DNA of 64,000 bases, taken from positions 1,116,001 through 1,180,000 of the forward strand of contig JASVEC010000012.1 of the NCBI GenBank assembly GCA_030770535.1, read 5' to 3'. A program made the position numbers and the translations under genes. Below are positions 37,646-50,261 of this stretch, in pieces. Numbering within the stretch: position 1 is the stretch's first letter; the number at the start of each line of letters is the position of its first letter. The notes under the pieces are model-generated. The model was not told where the DNA came from. It made no database searches and saw only the letters and a program-made list of their open reading frames with translations. The DNA comes from Batkoa obscura (Eukaryota).

Positions 37646-38336
37646 TAAGAAAACTAACAAATATTTTTCACTTTAAATTATTTGAAAATATGGTTTAAGT
37701 TTTTAATAAGTTTCAGAAGGAAGTAGTGCAACTTCACTTTCTAGACAAATGATTACAAGTGATATAAAGTCGAAAAGGAAACAGACAAATCAATAAAACT
37801 CCAATTTACACAATTAGTGATGTTTATTGACATTTTGAACTATACACATATTGTATCAAATAAGCTTTAAACTCCTAAAAAACATATTAAATGTCTAACT
37901 CCAAGAGGATTATATAAAAGTAAATTTAAAATAGCGAATTTTAAGACAAACAGAAGTGATCTGGGTAAATAAGTCCACATGTAAATTTGATTTTTAACGA
38001 ATAAATTATTGACAATTTTTCAAGTAATATTAAAAATAAATTGAAGTACTTTACGGTATTACAAAGCAATTTATTTTTGATAGATAAAAGAATAGCTAGA
38101 TTGAACCATAAATACAACATATTAAAAAACTATATAGAAACAAAATCAAAATAGCCACTAAAGAGTTGATATCAAACGTATATTAAATAAAGCATAAAAA
38201 GTATCAAAGCTATAAAAGTTCAAATATAGAGTTTATTTTCTAAATTAATGTAGATAAGAAAAATAATCGAGAGCAAAGGGCCAGACCGAATTATAAAATA
38301 AATATAACAAATAGCGTACAAACTGTTATCATTAAC

Positions 38337-39644
38337 TTACCATTTAAAATCTGATTTCGTTTTTTTAGCTGGTGAATCACTATGATGTTCCTTGTGGTTA
38401 TGATTATGACCGTTTAAGCCATACTGAGGTGGATATCCAGTACTGTAGTTTATCTCTATTTCGTCGCTATCTATATCAATGTCGTACCAGTCTTTTGGTA
38501 CATTCTGAAGCTGAACTGAAGGGGCAATTTCAGTTCTTTTGAGAACCTCCATAACATGTTGAATAGTGTTAGTAATATTTTGTTTAGTATTTAAGTTGGT
38601 CATATTGTTATTTGATTTGATTTCTAAATTAGCTTTCCATTCATCCGTTCCAATGAATGAATTTTTTGGAAGCATATCATTTAACTCAACTCCTAGTGCT
38701 ACCCCAGTTTCCAATGTCCAAGTTCTAGCCACATTCTGAGTGGTATAACCACCCCCACCAAGCACAACTAAAGGTAGTCCAAAAGATTTTGCATACTTTA
38801 AGCACTTAGAGTGCCCTTTATTCGATAAGTTAAATTCGCCAAGTCTATCGCCAGCAACCGAATCAGCACCCATTTGCAAAACAATTACTCCAGGATTATA
38901 CCGATTTACAGCTTCAAAGACAATCTTATTAAAGACAATTTCATAATCTTGATCATTGATCCCTCTTTTTAAAGGAACATTAATTGAATGATCTTTTCCA
39001 GCCCCACTTCCGCTCTCTTTTGTCTCACCAGTAGCAGGAAAGAAATCTCCATATTGATGAAAGGAAAGAGTCATAACTCGATTACTTTCATAAAAGAATT
39101 GTTCGACACCATCGCCATGATGAACATCAATATCAATATATAGCACACGTTGATGATGCCTTAAAAGCTCAACAATACATGCTACAATATCATTGGCAAA
39201 GCAGAAACCAGAGGCAGTAGCTTTCTTCGCATGATGCATACCACCAGCCCAATTTATGCATATATCTGCGTTGCCTTCATTGATATCTTTAGCACAAAGT
39301 AAGCTCCCACCAACTGTACTTGACATGTAATCATATACACCTTTGAACAAAGGACAGTCTTCATCCAACGTGTGCGCCCTTTTGTTTTTGTTATAGTTTT
39401 TAATTAGAGTAGATGGCTTAAAATTATGAACATAGTCAATGTATTCAGGAGAGTGAATAGCTTTAAGTTGGTGCTCAGTAGCTTTATTATATAGCACAAT
39501 ATTTAAATAATTAAATAGGTTATATCCTTTGACGAGCTCATGAGTCATGTCCACACGTATGGGTTCCATTGGATGGCAGGGAGAAAAATAGTATGATTGT
39601 TCACCAGGTGCGTAGAAATAACTGACATTGCTGCTCATTGTCAT
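38337..39644 (-). CDS. Class I histone deacetylase (Rpd3/Clr6/Hos2-like), intronless, divergent
   Basis: DCPLF, INWAGGMHHAKK, SGFC, YIDIDVHHGDGV, GADSVAGDRLG, GGGGY all intact. Confidence 0.93.
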   Translation of the reverse strand: MTMSSNVSYFYAPGEQSYYFSPCHPMEPIRVDMTHELVKGYNLFNYLNIVLYNKATEHQLKAIHSPEYIDYVHNFKPSTLIKNYNKNKRAHTLDEDCPLFKGVYDYMSSTVGGSLLCAKDINEGNADICINWAGGMHHAKKATASGFCFANDIVACIVELLRHHQRVLYIDIDVHHGDGVEQFFYESNRVMTLSFHQYGDFFPATGETKESGSGAGKDHSINVPLKRGINDQDYEIVFNKIVFEAVNRYNPGVIVLQMGADSVAGDRLGEFNLSNKGHSKCLKYAKSFGLPLVVLGGGGYTTQNVARTWTLETGVALGVELNDMLPKNSFIGTDEWKANLEIKSNNNMTNLNTKQNITNTIQHVMEVLKRTEIAPSVQLQNVPKDWYDIDIDSDEIEINYSTGYPPQYGLNGHNHNHKEHHSDSPAKKTKSDFKW

Positions 39645-41706
39645 TTATGATTAAGTAATAGAAAAAGAATAACTTGAATTTAAAAATTCTGGTAGCTAAT
39701 TTTTATTAACTTTTGGATTTTGCAGTAAGGTTAAATTTTTGAAAGGAAGGGAATTTTTGCAAAGTTCTTTAAATTGGTGTGAGTTAAAACTACTGTTTGA
39801 TTGTGAAGTTGCTGTTCTCTTAGTTTTAACCAATAAATTTTTACGTAATAATCTAAAATAATAAACCACTTTTACAGAAATATCAAGTTTGTATCAAGTA
39901 GTAAGTTAATTTACTATAAGGCTTACTTATCAAAAAATCAGTATAAAAAGCACCAAATTTTGATAATGACCACAAGGCTTTAACGTAACCACATTGATAT
40001 CCGTTTTATTTAAAAATAATTGAACATAAAAGTTGCTATTTATACATCAAAAAGTCGGCATTAAATTGAACGAGATTTTGAATCATTGTTATTGCAATTA
40101 GTTTGATTTATTAAAACTACCTCAGTTTTAATTCTATCTAATGAGTTTATAGCGTATATGTCAATGGTATTTTTATGAGCCTATAGCTTAAACATATATT
40201 ATATTGAATCTTTTATACCCTTTTTAAATTGTACAATTTACAGAGACCAAAGTTGTTATATAATTTATTTTAAAATATAAACTTAAAGCTTTAAATTTAT
40301 TACTAAATTGTGCTGAATTTAGCTAAGACATTCTATTCTATCTTTCTTTCTAAATACTCCTTACTGTATGGTTACATTATAGATAATTATATAAAAATAG
40401 GCAGCCCTTTACAAAAAAGTAACTTTAACAACTCTCAATAGCTTAGACCTTTTACTTTTGCTTACTAAATTAAATTATCAACTTATTCCAAAAATAGCTT
40501 TACTTATTAATTTTTCATTTTTAGCAACTTGAATTTTAGAATTTCTACATATTAAAAAACAAGTGCAACTGTGGCATTTCTTGTTACTGTATCGTATGAT
40601 TGATTAATATGAATAAGCTAAATTATTATTTAAAGTGTTTCTTTATTCAGTCATTAATACATCAATACTATACATATTATAATCTAAGCATATTTTGAAA
40701 TGAGAATGAATTGACTTGAATTATATTAATGACAATAATTTATAACCTTCTAATAAATTATTTCTAATTCAGTTGTAATTAATTTAAATTTGACCTTTCT
40801 TCTTAAATATTTTAGTTTATAAAAAGCGTTTATTAGCAATATTGAATTTGGATAATTTGGATAATTCACGTGTCATCTAAGTCGGCAATTTCAAAAATTG
40901 GACCTAAAAACATTCGGGATAATTTTCTTGAAAAGATGTCTCATCATTTAAACTTTTTTTCCTTTCAGTCCTTTGGGCAAATTTGTTTTTGTTGTCCCCA
41001 CAGTGCTACTCCAATTTTGTTTTGCTATTCTTAATTGTTTTAAAGGTGATTGACATCAACTTTCTGCCAATTAATTTTTATTGACGTTTCCTAAATAGCG
41101 GCTAAACTTTCGTTTGATTAGGCTTAAGTTTTGTCTGGGTTTGACTTAAGCATTAACTCATCATTATCCATGGAATTAATTGAATTTATAAAGCTAAATT
41201 GTAACAGCCACATCGTAAGCAAAGTTTGTTTATTAAAAAATAAGCAATGTTTGAATACTAGCTTAAGTTTGTTTATATTAAAAATGAGGTAATAAATATT
41301 TGCTTTGTTCCTGACACAGTTATTAATGGAATTCACTTCTTATCAAAACGTCAATAACAGTGATTTTATTTTATTTATATTTAGTAAAAACGATATCTGC
41401 TTAGTTTAAGCCCATCAAGGTTACAATAAAATGATTAATATTAGACCAATTAAAATAGGTTAAACAAAGGGAATTTCCCAATCAAGTTAAAGCTAATCGC
41501 CATCAAATGGGGAAAATCCATTTAACATACTTGATTGGTAGACAAATATTCAGAAAGAAATCAACTACCAAAAATAGAAAGGAGAAAATCATTTTAAGGG
41601 AGGAGAGAATCAAGGCTTATAAATAGAGGGCTGAGTTTGCCCAAATTTTAAATTTTGTTCCTTTTCATATTAAATACTTAATTTAATTCAAAAAACGCCT
41701 TTCAAA

Positions 41707-42385
41707 ATGTTCAGTTCACCAAAAAACTGTTGTCTTTTTATCAATCTTAGAGTGGCTACACTTATCCTCGCACTCATTCAAACCATTTCATTTGCTTTCC
41801 AATCTTATCTCTTTTTCCAACTTGATAATCAATTTATTAATCAAGCCTTCGCGTTTGGTTGTTTGTTTTTATCCCTAATTGGCTCTTATGGATTGTATGG
41901 TGTATTCACTGTAAGTACTTTATTTGGTATACTTAAATAATATATACTAATTTTCTGTAGAAAAACATAGCTTATGTCCGTACTTTTGCTGTTTATTATT
42001 GGTATGAGTTTATTGGATCTATGATTGGTTATGTATTCTATGCTGTTGCAGCTATTTTGTACAAAGAAGATTATTGCGGTCTACTCAGCGATACTGATGA
42101 TGAGTTTGTATTTTGTCATGATAACTATCTAACTGTTTACACTTTCACCTTGGTATTAATGGGCGTAATGACCCTTCTTAGAGTAAGCCACTTATATTTT
42201 TAAATCGAGTTTTTATTAACTTTTTACAGGTTCATTATTGCTTTTCTATTTGGGCCTATTTCCGTCAACTTCAAACCGAACAAGTTGCAGCTGTTGCAGC
42301 CGCTCAAGAAACTAAGGTTACTTACCCACAATACGTTTATGTAACCCTTAATGAAAAAGCTCCAACTCCTGAAGAACAAGCTTAA
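41707..42385 (+). CDS. Four-TM membrane protein (LAPTM/tetraspan-like), 3 exons
   Basis: N-terminal CC, four hydrophobic helices, two Cys in the loop, C-terminal YPQYVYV. Confidence 0.75.
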
Positions 42386-43104
42386 ATATTTAAGTATTTA
42401 TTTAACGTTCCTCTAGATAAGTTTTAAAAGATGGATACCATTGTCTGTTAATTTGATTCACCTAAAGGAATAAACATGCTCCATTTGCATATATTAAATT
42501 GATATAAATTTATAAAGTCATTATTCGATAATAAAAACATTATATGTAATAGTAAAGTGTATCTATGTTGAATGATATGATTTAGAAAGATGCTAATGAA
42601 ATTCTAAATGACCGTTATAATTCTATAGCTTATTTTTTATTTAATATAGTTTTCGATTAAATTAAAATATTAAATCTACTGGAAATATCGAATAGTTAAT
42701 TTATTATTTTAAAATAATGAAACATAATTAAATTCCCTAAAATCCATGCATAAAATTGAATGAGGCTTTACCAAAATAGCGAACCTCTCTTAAACCTTAC
42801 CTAATTAAAAAATTTTAATAGATTTAATTAATTTATTTAATAAATCTATTCCTAATACCTATGTAAACTATCTATTAACTATTCAAAGTCAGTATTAAAA
42901 AAAGGATTTAATTTTTATTATAAATGGACAGGAATGTAGCATATAAAAGCAGTAGGCATATCAACATGACAATAAATTAAAAGGAGGCTAAAATTTTTAA
43001 AAGCCCAATCAAAAAATCAAGAATAAATTAAAATATTCAACTAAAACTTAATAATTTATAAAAAAAAGAGTTCTCAACCTTTATTAAATAATCCTATTTT
43101 TATA

Positions 43105-43750
43105 ATGTCTAAACTCAATTTTAAAACTATGATATACTTTAAACTCATTAGTATTGTTTTAATATTTACTCAACTTTCTTATTATACCTATCTTTATTTC
43201 CTTACTTTCAAAACCGATACTCCAACTTCAGTAGCTTTATCTGTTTTTTATGTTATCAATTCTTCGATAATATTTCTTGGTTTAAATAGTACTATAAAGG
43301 TAACTTTTATTGTTGTTTAGATATCAAAGCTAACATTTTTAGGGAGATCACACTATACTCAGTTATTATGTCAAATACTGTCTTTATGGGCTAATCAGTT
43401 TAACAGGTTTATCATGTTATTATATGATTAACCAAGTGAAGCAAATTACTCAAGTTTGCGACTCTTATATTAGCTTTGAAAGTACCTACAACCAATGCCA
43501 GCATTTATTTATTTCTGAGAATATAGCAATTTATCAAAGAGTAGGGTTATTTTTTATTCTCAAAGTAAGTTTATTTTTATTTTGAAGTGAAATTTTTTAC
43601 TTACAATTGGACTAGTTTTTATGTTATTTTATAACTCGTAGTTATCTTTATCAACTTCAAAAAAAATTAATTCTTGAAAAGGCTTCTTATAATGATGTTA
43701 AAACTGTTTATCCTGTATATGTATATGTTGATGTGACTGAAAAGAATTGA
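43105..43750 (+). CDS. Divergent tandem paralog of 41707-42385, 3 exons
   Basis: Same exon layout, two loop Cys, Y..QLQ and YPVYVYV C-terminal motif. Confidence 0.65.
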
Positions 43751-44748
43751 TCGAGTGCGCTTTTAATATTAAAATGAGCATCTTGTTTGTTAATTTTAGT
43801 ATAATAGATAGAAATCAATGGAATATATTAAATAAACTTAGTAAATAATAATAGTCTTAACATTAGGCATATGATTCATACTTATTAAATAGAATAAAGA
43901 GTAGCTTTATTTCAAACCAAGATAGTTTACATTTAGAGTCTTTATAAATTCGAATTTCAGCCTGAATTCTTTTTCTAATTATTGAATTAAATTTTGTTTA
44001 CTTATAGCTATATGTATTATGTTATGAAATAGAATATCTATAGTTGATAGTAAATCCTTATTATTTAACTTTCATTTTGGATTTGTACCATTTAATCTCT
44101 TCTAGGTGCTATCATAATACCCATTCCTGTTTTCAAAATTGATCCTTGTAATGGTCTAATATTATAATATACTTTATGTATATTGGTTCAAAAATAATCT
44201 TATTATATTTGAATTCTCTTGTAATTTATTAAAATGTACAACATTAAAGAAGGTTGTTTGTAATTTTTTTTCATCGTTAACACTAAGTTAAATCAAGACA
44301 TAAAGATACAAAGTACAAGTGTTTTAAAGTATTTGTAAATTAATGAATTTAGCATTTAATACAGATACCGTATCTTCAATCTAATATATGTCGCATCAAA
44401 ATCATCAATATTTATTTTACACAAAGACTTCCTAAAATTAAGACTCTTTTATATATAGTAAAATACTCTGTTAGATCTCTCTGAAATTATTGAGTTTAAA
44501 CTAAATTTCATATTAAATAAGATAAGACTAGTTTCTTTTATTGAAAATAGGGAATTGAAATTAATCCTACTAAAATTTGAAATTGATTTAATTTTACCAA
44601 AAATCCCATAACTGAACATGATAGTCCAAATTTCGAAGATTTCGTTGAAATAAAGATTAGGCTTAATCTGATAGGACGATTCAAAATTTAGAGAATCGTA
44701 TTAACTTTCTAATATTCAATACCTTGTTTCTACTTATTTGAACAAAAA

Positions 44749-45897
44749 ATGATTGCTACCACTCAAGCAGCTCGTCAACTTCTTTTTACCGCCAATGTGA
44801 GCCAAGCTCGTAATATGGCTACCCTTAGAGAAAGTAAGACTTAATGTTATTCAGTTAATGTTATTCATAAACTTATCCAATTTTTTTTATAAAAAAAGTT
44901 CAAAATCGTTTAAAGGGTGTATCCAATATTTCTAAAATTACAAAATCCATGAAAATGATTGCTTCCACTAAACTTACCAAAGCTCAAAAAGCTATGAACT
45001 GTGCCCGTATTTATGGTCAAGCTTCATCTTGTAAGTTTATTATCTATAACTTAAACTTGATCTAATTTATTTAGCTTTTGTCGATCACGCTAACGCCAAA
45101 CCAGTTGAGCAGGGTAAAACTATTGTAGTTACTGTATCTGGAGATCGTGGATTATGTGGTGGTATTCACTCTAGTGTTTCTAAAGCTACTAGAAACTATC
45201 TTGTTAATAAACCAGAAGCACCAGTTTATGTACTTGGAGATAAAGCTAAAGTTCAAATCGCTAGAATTGCTAGAGATAACCTTCGCCTCACTTTTAATCA
45301 AATTGGTAAAGCTGTACCAACTTTCGCTGAAGCTTCTGCTATCACTGACCTCATCCTTCAACAAGATACTGAGTTCGATAGAGCTGAAATCATCTATAAC
45401 CAATTTAAGTCCGTTATTGCTTATGAAGCTACCATTATCCCAGCTTTAAGTTCCAATGCTATTAAAGCTTCAGGTAAGTTTTTAATCTAATCTTTTTTTT
45501 TTTGAAATAATATTAATGGCAATTTATAGAGGGGTTCAGTGCTTATGAACTTGAAGAAGATGAAGTACTTCAAAATTTCCAAGAATTCCTTTTTGCTAAC
45601 TCCGTCTATTGGGGCCTCATTGAAGGTTACGCTTCTGAAATGGCAGCCAGACGTACTTCAATGGAAAATGCTAGTAAGAATGCCAGTAAGTGATTTTTAT
45701 TTATTTAGTAAATAGTATAGAGAAATTAATCTATTTTTTTTAGACGATGTTATCAATAGTCTTACCTTAGCTTATAATCGTGGTCGTCAAGCTGTTATTA
45801 CCAATGAACTTAGTAAGTTTTTTGTTTATTTTCTAAAGTAACAATATTGATATTTATTTTTTTAGTCGATATTATTACTGGTGCCTCAGCTCTTTAA
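44749..45897 (+). CDS. ATP3: Mitochondrial F1 ATP synthase gamma subunit (multi-exon)
   Basis: RNMATLRE, NISKITKSMKMIASTKL, SGDRGLCGGIHS, SEMAARRTSMENASKNA, YNRGRQAVITNEL.DIITGASAL. Confidence 0.97.
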
Positions 45898-47348
45898 ATC
45901 ATTAGATTACTTTTATGATGAGTAATTTAGGTGTTTTAACATAAAATCTATAAGTTTTAATCTTAGATGCAATATGTTAACTTTTTATACTATAATTTTG
46001 TTGTTACCTTATTGTGTTTTTTTATTTTAATATAGTAGATAATATTTTAAAGATATTACACACATTTACTAAGGTAGTTTAGTTGAATTAACAGTGTAAT
46101 CTTTCAACATGGATAAATTAAGCACATGACAATGTTTTTTTAATTAAACTTTCTCATTTTAGTATAAAATATTAAATCTATTGATTTATTCAAATTTCTT
46201 TTTTAAACCTTGAACCCAAAGTGGACAAGCGAATTTATTAAGCAACACAATAAAAAAGAGGAGAAGGGTATTTGATGAGATAAACAAGTTGGTTGGAATC
46301 AATGGTCAACTGTTTAATGGGCTGAAAGGATCATTTTTCAAGTATTATGCCATTTGACGTGTCCTTAAATTCTTAAATTTAAAGATAAGTCATTTGCTCT
46401 ATTATACGATTATTTACCTTGATATTGTTAGAAAAAAAGCTCAAGATAACAACTTTACTATTTGAGAATAAACTTTGAGTATGATATAGTTTCTAATAGT
46501 AAATTTGCTATTCTGTATTACATCCATTCTGTTATTTACTTTATAACGGATTTCAGACAGATCATATTTATTTCTGCAGCTTGAAATTATTTTTGGTGTT
46601 CACAGTCTATGATATCATGAGTTTCAACTTAGAATTTAGTAGATCAAAGCTGAAATCACAAAAAATAATTGACTTCCATCTCGAACTTTTTAAGTTGTTT
46701 TTTATTTAAAGAAGGAGGTGCAATTATTTTTTGTATCTCACCAAGCTAGATTTTTTTGAAGGGTCATGGGTAAAGTTTCACAAGATTTACTAATAACTTT
46801 TAATAGGAAATAAGCTGTAGCGTTTTTTTAATTTGTTTATTTTTAGTTAAAATTATATCAAGTTTACTAATAAAATCATCAAATATTAAAGCAATAAAAA
46901 CATTATAATTTGGTATGATAATTTTTATAAAACATTTAAAAGATACTTATTATAGTGTGAATTAAGTTCATTATCAGAATCGTTTACTTTATTAATAAAA
47001 TGCAATTTAATTATTATTATCATTATTATTTGTCATTATTCAATATATTATCAAAATTTAATATAATTTATAACAATTAGGGTTACTGAATTTCAGTGCT
47101 TGAGAAAAGTTTAAGATAAGTAAGATTATACAAAATAATTATAATTAATATAAAATTTTAGTATTTAGTTTACACATTATAGGACTATAAATTTTAAAAT
47201 TAAAATTAATAAAATAACTTAAAAAAATTTAAAAGTTTAATTATTATATTTCAGTTATAGAGTAGTTATTTGCATATTTTAAAAATAAGAAATATAAATA
47301 TTTTGAAAATTATTACAAAAATTAAAAGAACTTAAATTTAAAATATTT

Positions 47349-47463
47349 ATATGGGGATGTATCTTTATATTTAAGAATTTTACTAACTTTTCCATTTTTT
47401 AAGCGCTATTTGAGCGGAAAAATTGTTAGTGAAATTCTTAAACAAAAAAAGACATCCCCATAT
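47349..47463 (+). mobile_element. MITE family A copy 9 (rearranged: right-type terminus at both ends)
   Basis: The first 39 bp ATATGGGGATGTATCTTTATATTTAAGAATTTTACTAAC is the reverse complement of the right-end sequence, joined to the normal core. Confidence 0.85.
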
Positions 47464-48313
47464 CTAGATTAATAAAAAGTTGCTAAGAAATCAAATTTTA
47501 ATATTGGGCTTTTTAACTACTTTTTTAAATAATAAACTAGTTTTAATAAAAAGTATTTATTATAAATTTAAAAAATAAAAAACGTCCCCATATGGTGCTT
47601 TTAAAGTATATAAGATAATAATACTTAATTTTTACTAATATTACATTGTGTATTTTGAAATTATTATAAATCTAATAAAATTAGAGATATATAAAACTTC
47701 AATTAAAGTCTTGAATTCTGCTATAATTTTTTATCTAAGCTTTGAAATATTTTATTGACTATAATAAAACTTTAAAAAAACTTATAATTAACATTGTATT
47801 GATTTTTTTATGGTATGTAAAAAATTATAACTAGATTATTTAACATATCAAATGTCTTAAAGCATTTAAAAAAGGCCTAAATTTGCCTAAACTGAGAATT
47901 ATAACTTCACCAATATTAATGCTAGAAATCCCATATTAGCATCGTTAAATAACCCTCAAAGTAAGCTACACTTAAAAAAAGTGTTTAATTTTATTAGATT
48001 TTAATAAAAATAAAACGTTTTTCCCAAACCAGACTCTTTTTTCCAAACAGAGGGAGTATTTATTTTAAAAATTGAAATCAATTTTATTAAAATTACTAGT
48101 TTATTATAATATTGTTAGATTATTTTAAAATTCATTAATTTAAAAGATTATTATCATTATTTGAATTTTTCTATTAATATTATATTCTTGAAAAATAATA
48201 TTAAAAATCGGAATAATCATTTCAAATCATAGCTTAAATTAAAATAAATAAAAATTAATTTTTATTAATGGTGTTAAAACTATATAAAAGAAACATAACA
48301 AATAGTAACTCTG

Positions 48314-49312
48314 TTAACAATCGATACCAAATTGAGTATTCCAAGCTTGAACATGAGCTTCTCTTAATACAAGATCAAAATTAATTTTAGTACACGTTGG
48401 ATCTTCTAAATACTTATTATCACAATAAGTACTACTACCATCTTTTTCAATAAATAATTCATTACCAAAATGTTGATAATTTAAAGTTCTAAAGATGAAT
48501 AAAACGGATTTATCATTAAAATTGACTACTCTAGTAATTTCAAAATCTTGTTGATTAATCCATTTAGCAAATTCTTTATTTCCCATTCTCATTTGACCAT
48601 AAGTAAATACTCGCATTTGATTCCATTCTACTCCTACTTCTTGTCGAACAACAACAGCAGTTAAACTGGCTATAGATCCACCAATCGAATGACCTGTTAT
48701 TAATAATTTATAATCATTATATTCTTCCAATAATTCAGTTAATGCTTTTCGGTATTGAGTATATAATCGAAATGCAATTGAATGCATTAAGGCATGTACT
48801 GATATTGCATTCGTTCTTATATTGGTATTATTATTTCCAGGTTGATTAACATTTAATGGTAATAAAACACTTGGATAGATAAATAATTTATTACTTTGAG
48901 GTCTTTCTCCTGCAAAGGACAATACGATTTCTTTACGTTCCGATACAACGGCTAAATACCCTTTAACTCCAGATAATAAATCTCGATAAACACCACGTAC
49001 TATTACAGAAGATGTTGGTGGTGTATCTTGAGTTCCTTCTAATGTAGCTTGACAATACGGTTTACAATTAAATCTCTTGACCCCTTCATCTTCACAGTAA
49101 GAGGCTCCAGCTAAATTGGTATAATATTTGGCATCTGCTATAGTACCTACTCGTATTTTCATATACCCTCGGTTTTCAAATTCATCGCTTAGATGAACAG
49201 GAATAATGGAACCTAATCGTGCTCCACCAATATCATCCACTACTTCACCTAAGTAACCACAATGGCAGAAGTGCAAGAAGGTTAGTAAAAGCAATAATAA
49301 AGTATTATACAT
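48314..49312 (-). CDS. Secreted class 3 lipase, intronless
   Basis: Signal peptide, AGASYC, ITGHSIGGSIA, FTYGQ.R.GN..FA, RVVN.ND, YQHFGNE, C...EDPTC. Confidence 0.9.
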   Translation of the reverse strand: MYNTLLLLLLTFLHFCHCGYLGEVVDDIGGARLGSIIPVHLSDEFENRGYMKIRVGTIADAKYYTNLAGASYCEDEGVKRFNCKPYCQATLEGTQDTPPTSSVIVRGVYRDLLSGVKGYLAVVSERKEIVLSFAGERPQSNKLFIYPSVLLPLNVNQPGNNNTNIRTNAISVHALMHSIAFRLYTQYRKALTELLEEYNDYKLLITGHSIGGSIASLTAVVVRQEVGVEWNQMRVFTYGQMRMGNKEFAKWINQQDFEITRVVNFNDKSVLFIFRTLNYQHFGNELFIEKDGSSTYCDNKYLEDPTCTKINFDLVLREAHVQAWNTQFGIDC

Positions 49313-49986
49313 AGGGAAGTTAATTCAATTTAATAAGTTTTAAAACTGGTGATATGGTAAATAATGTTGGGTTTTTATACTATTGAATTTTTGTATTTTA
49401 TTTCTGTTGTGATGATGGGTTTATTATTGTTATTATTGTTATTATTATTATTACTATTTATTATTTATTATACTAGTTTAGTTGAACTGAATTGATAGTA
49501 ATAACGGATATTAATGGAATTTGAGCGTTCAAACTAATATTTTATTTTTTAAAATGGTTTAATTACTTAATTTAGTAATTTTTTTTAAAAATTGTTGACG
49601 TTAGTTTTTAACCGTTGATGGTTTTATAATAGAATTCAGTATCGCCTTTTTTTACATGTAAAAAATCACAGTTAATTGTTGACTCATTTAATATTAAATA
49701 GTTAAAATTTGTTATTTAAATAATGATCCAATTAAATCCAATGATTTTATAATAATAAAAAGTTATTAAAAATATTATGTTTTTATTATTTTATTTATAT
49801 TTCGTAATAATATTTTGATGACAACAAAAAAATAGTCCGTAAAAAAACTTCCTTTAAACAACTACAATTATAATATTATCACATTACATATATCAACAAA
49901 TAGCTAATGTACTAATTAACTTTATTATTTTTCAAAACGATAATTTAATAAAAAAAATTCCAATTATTATATTAATAAATATTCTA

Positions 49987-50215
49987 TTAATTTGTTATAG
50001 TATTAGTAGTTGTTGATTCATTAGTATCCATAGTTGGTGTTTTCCCAAATCCAGGTAAGTTGAATAAATTCGATTTAGGTCGATCTCCTCTCTTTCTTCT
50101 TAATCCAGATCTTAATTCTCTTATTGCTACATCAAAATCACCTTGACCAAATCCAATACTTTTAATATCTTGATTAGAAATCTATTTTAAAATTAAATTA
50201 AATTAAATATGTTCT

Positions 50216-50261
<46 letters not shown>

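Noticed and set aside
44060..44620. Possible small minus-strand gene divergent from ATP3
   Set aside because: Could not assemble a coherent spliced ORF.
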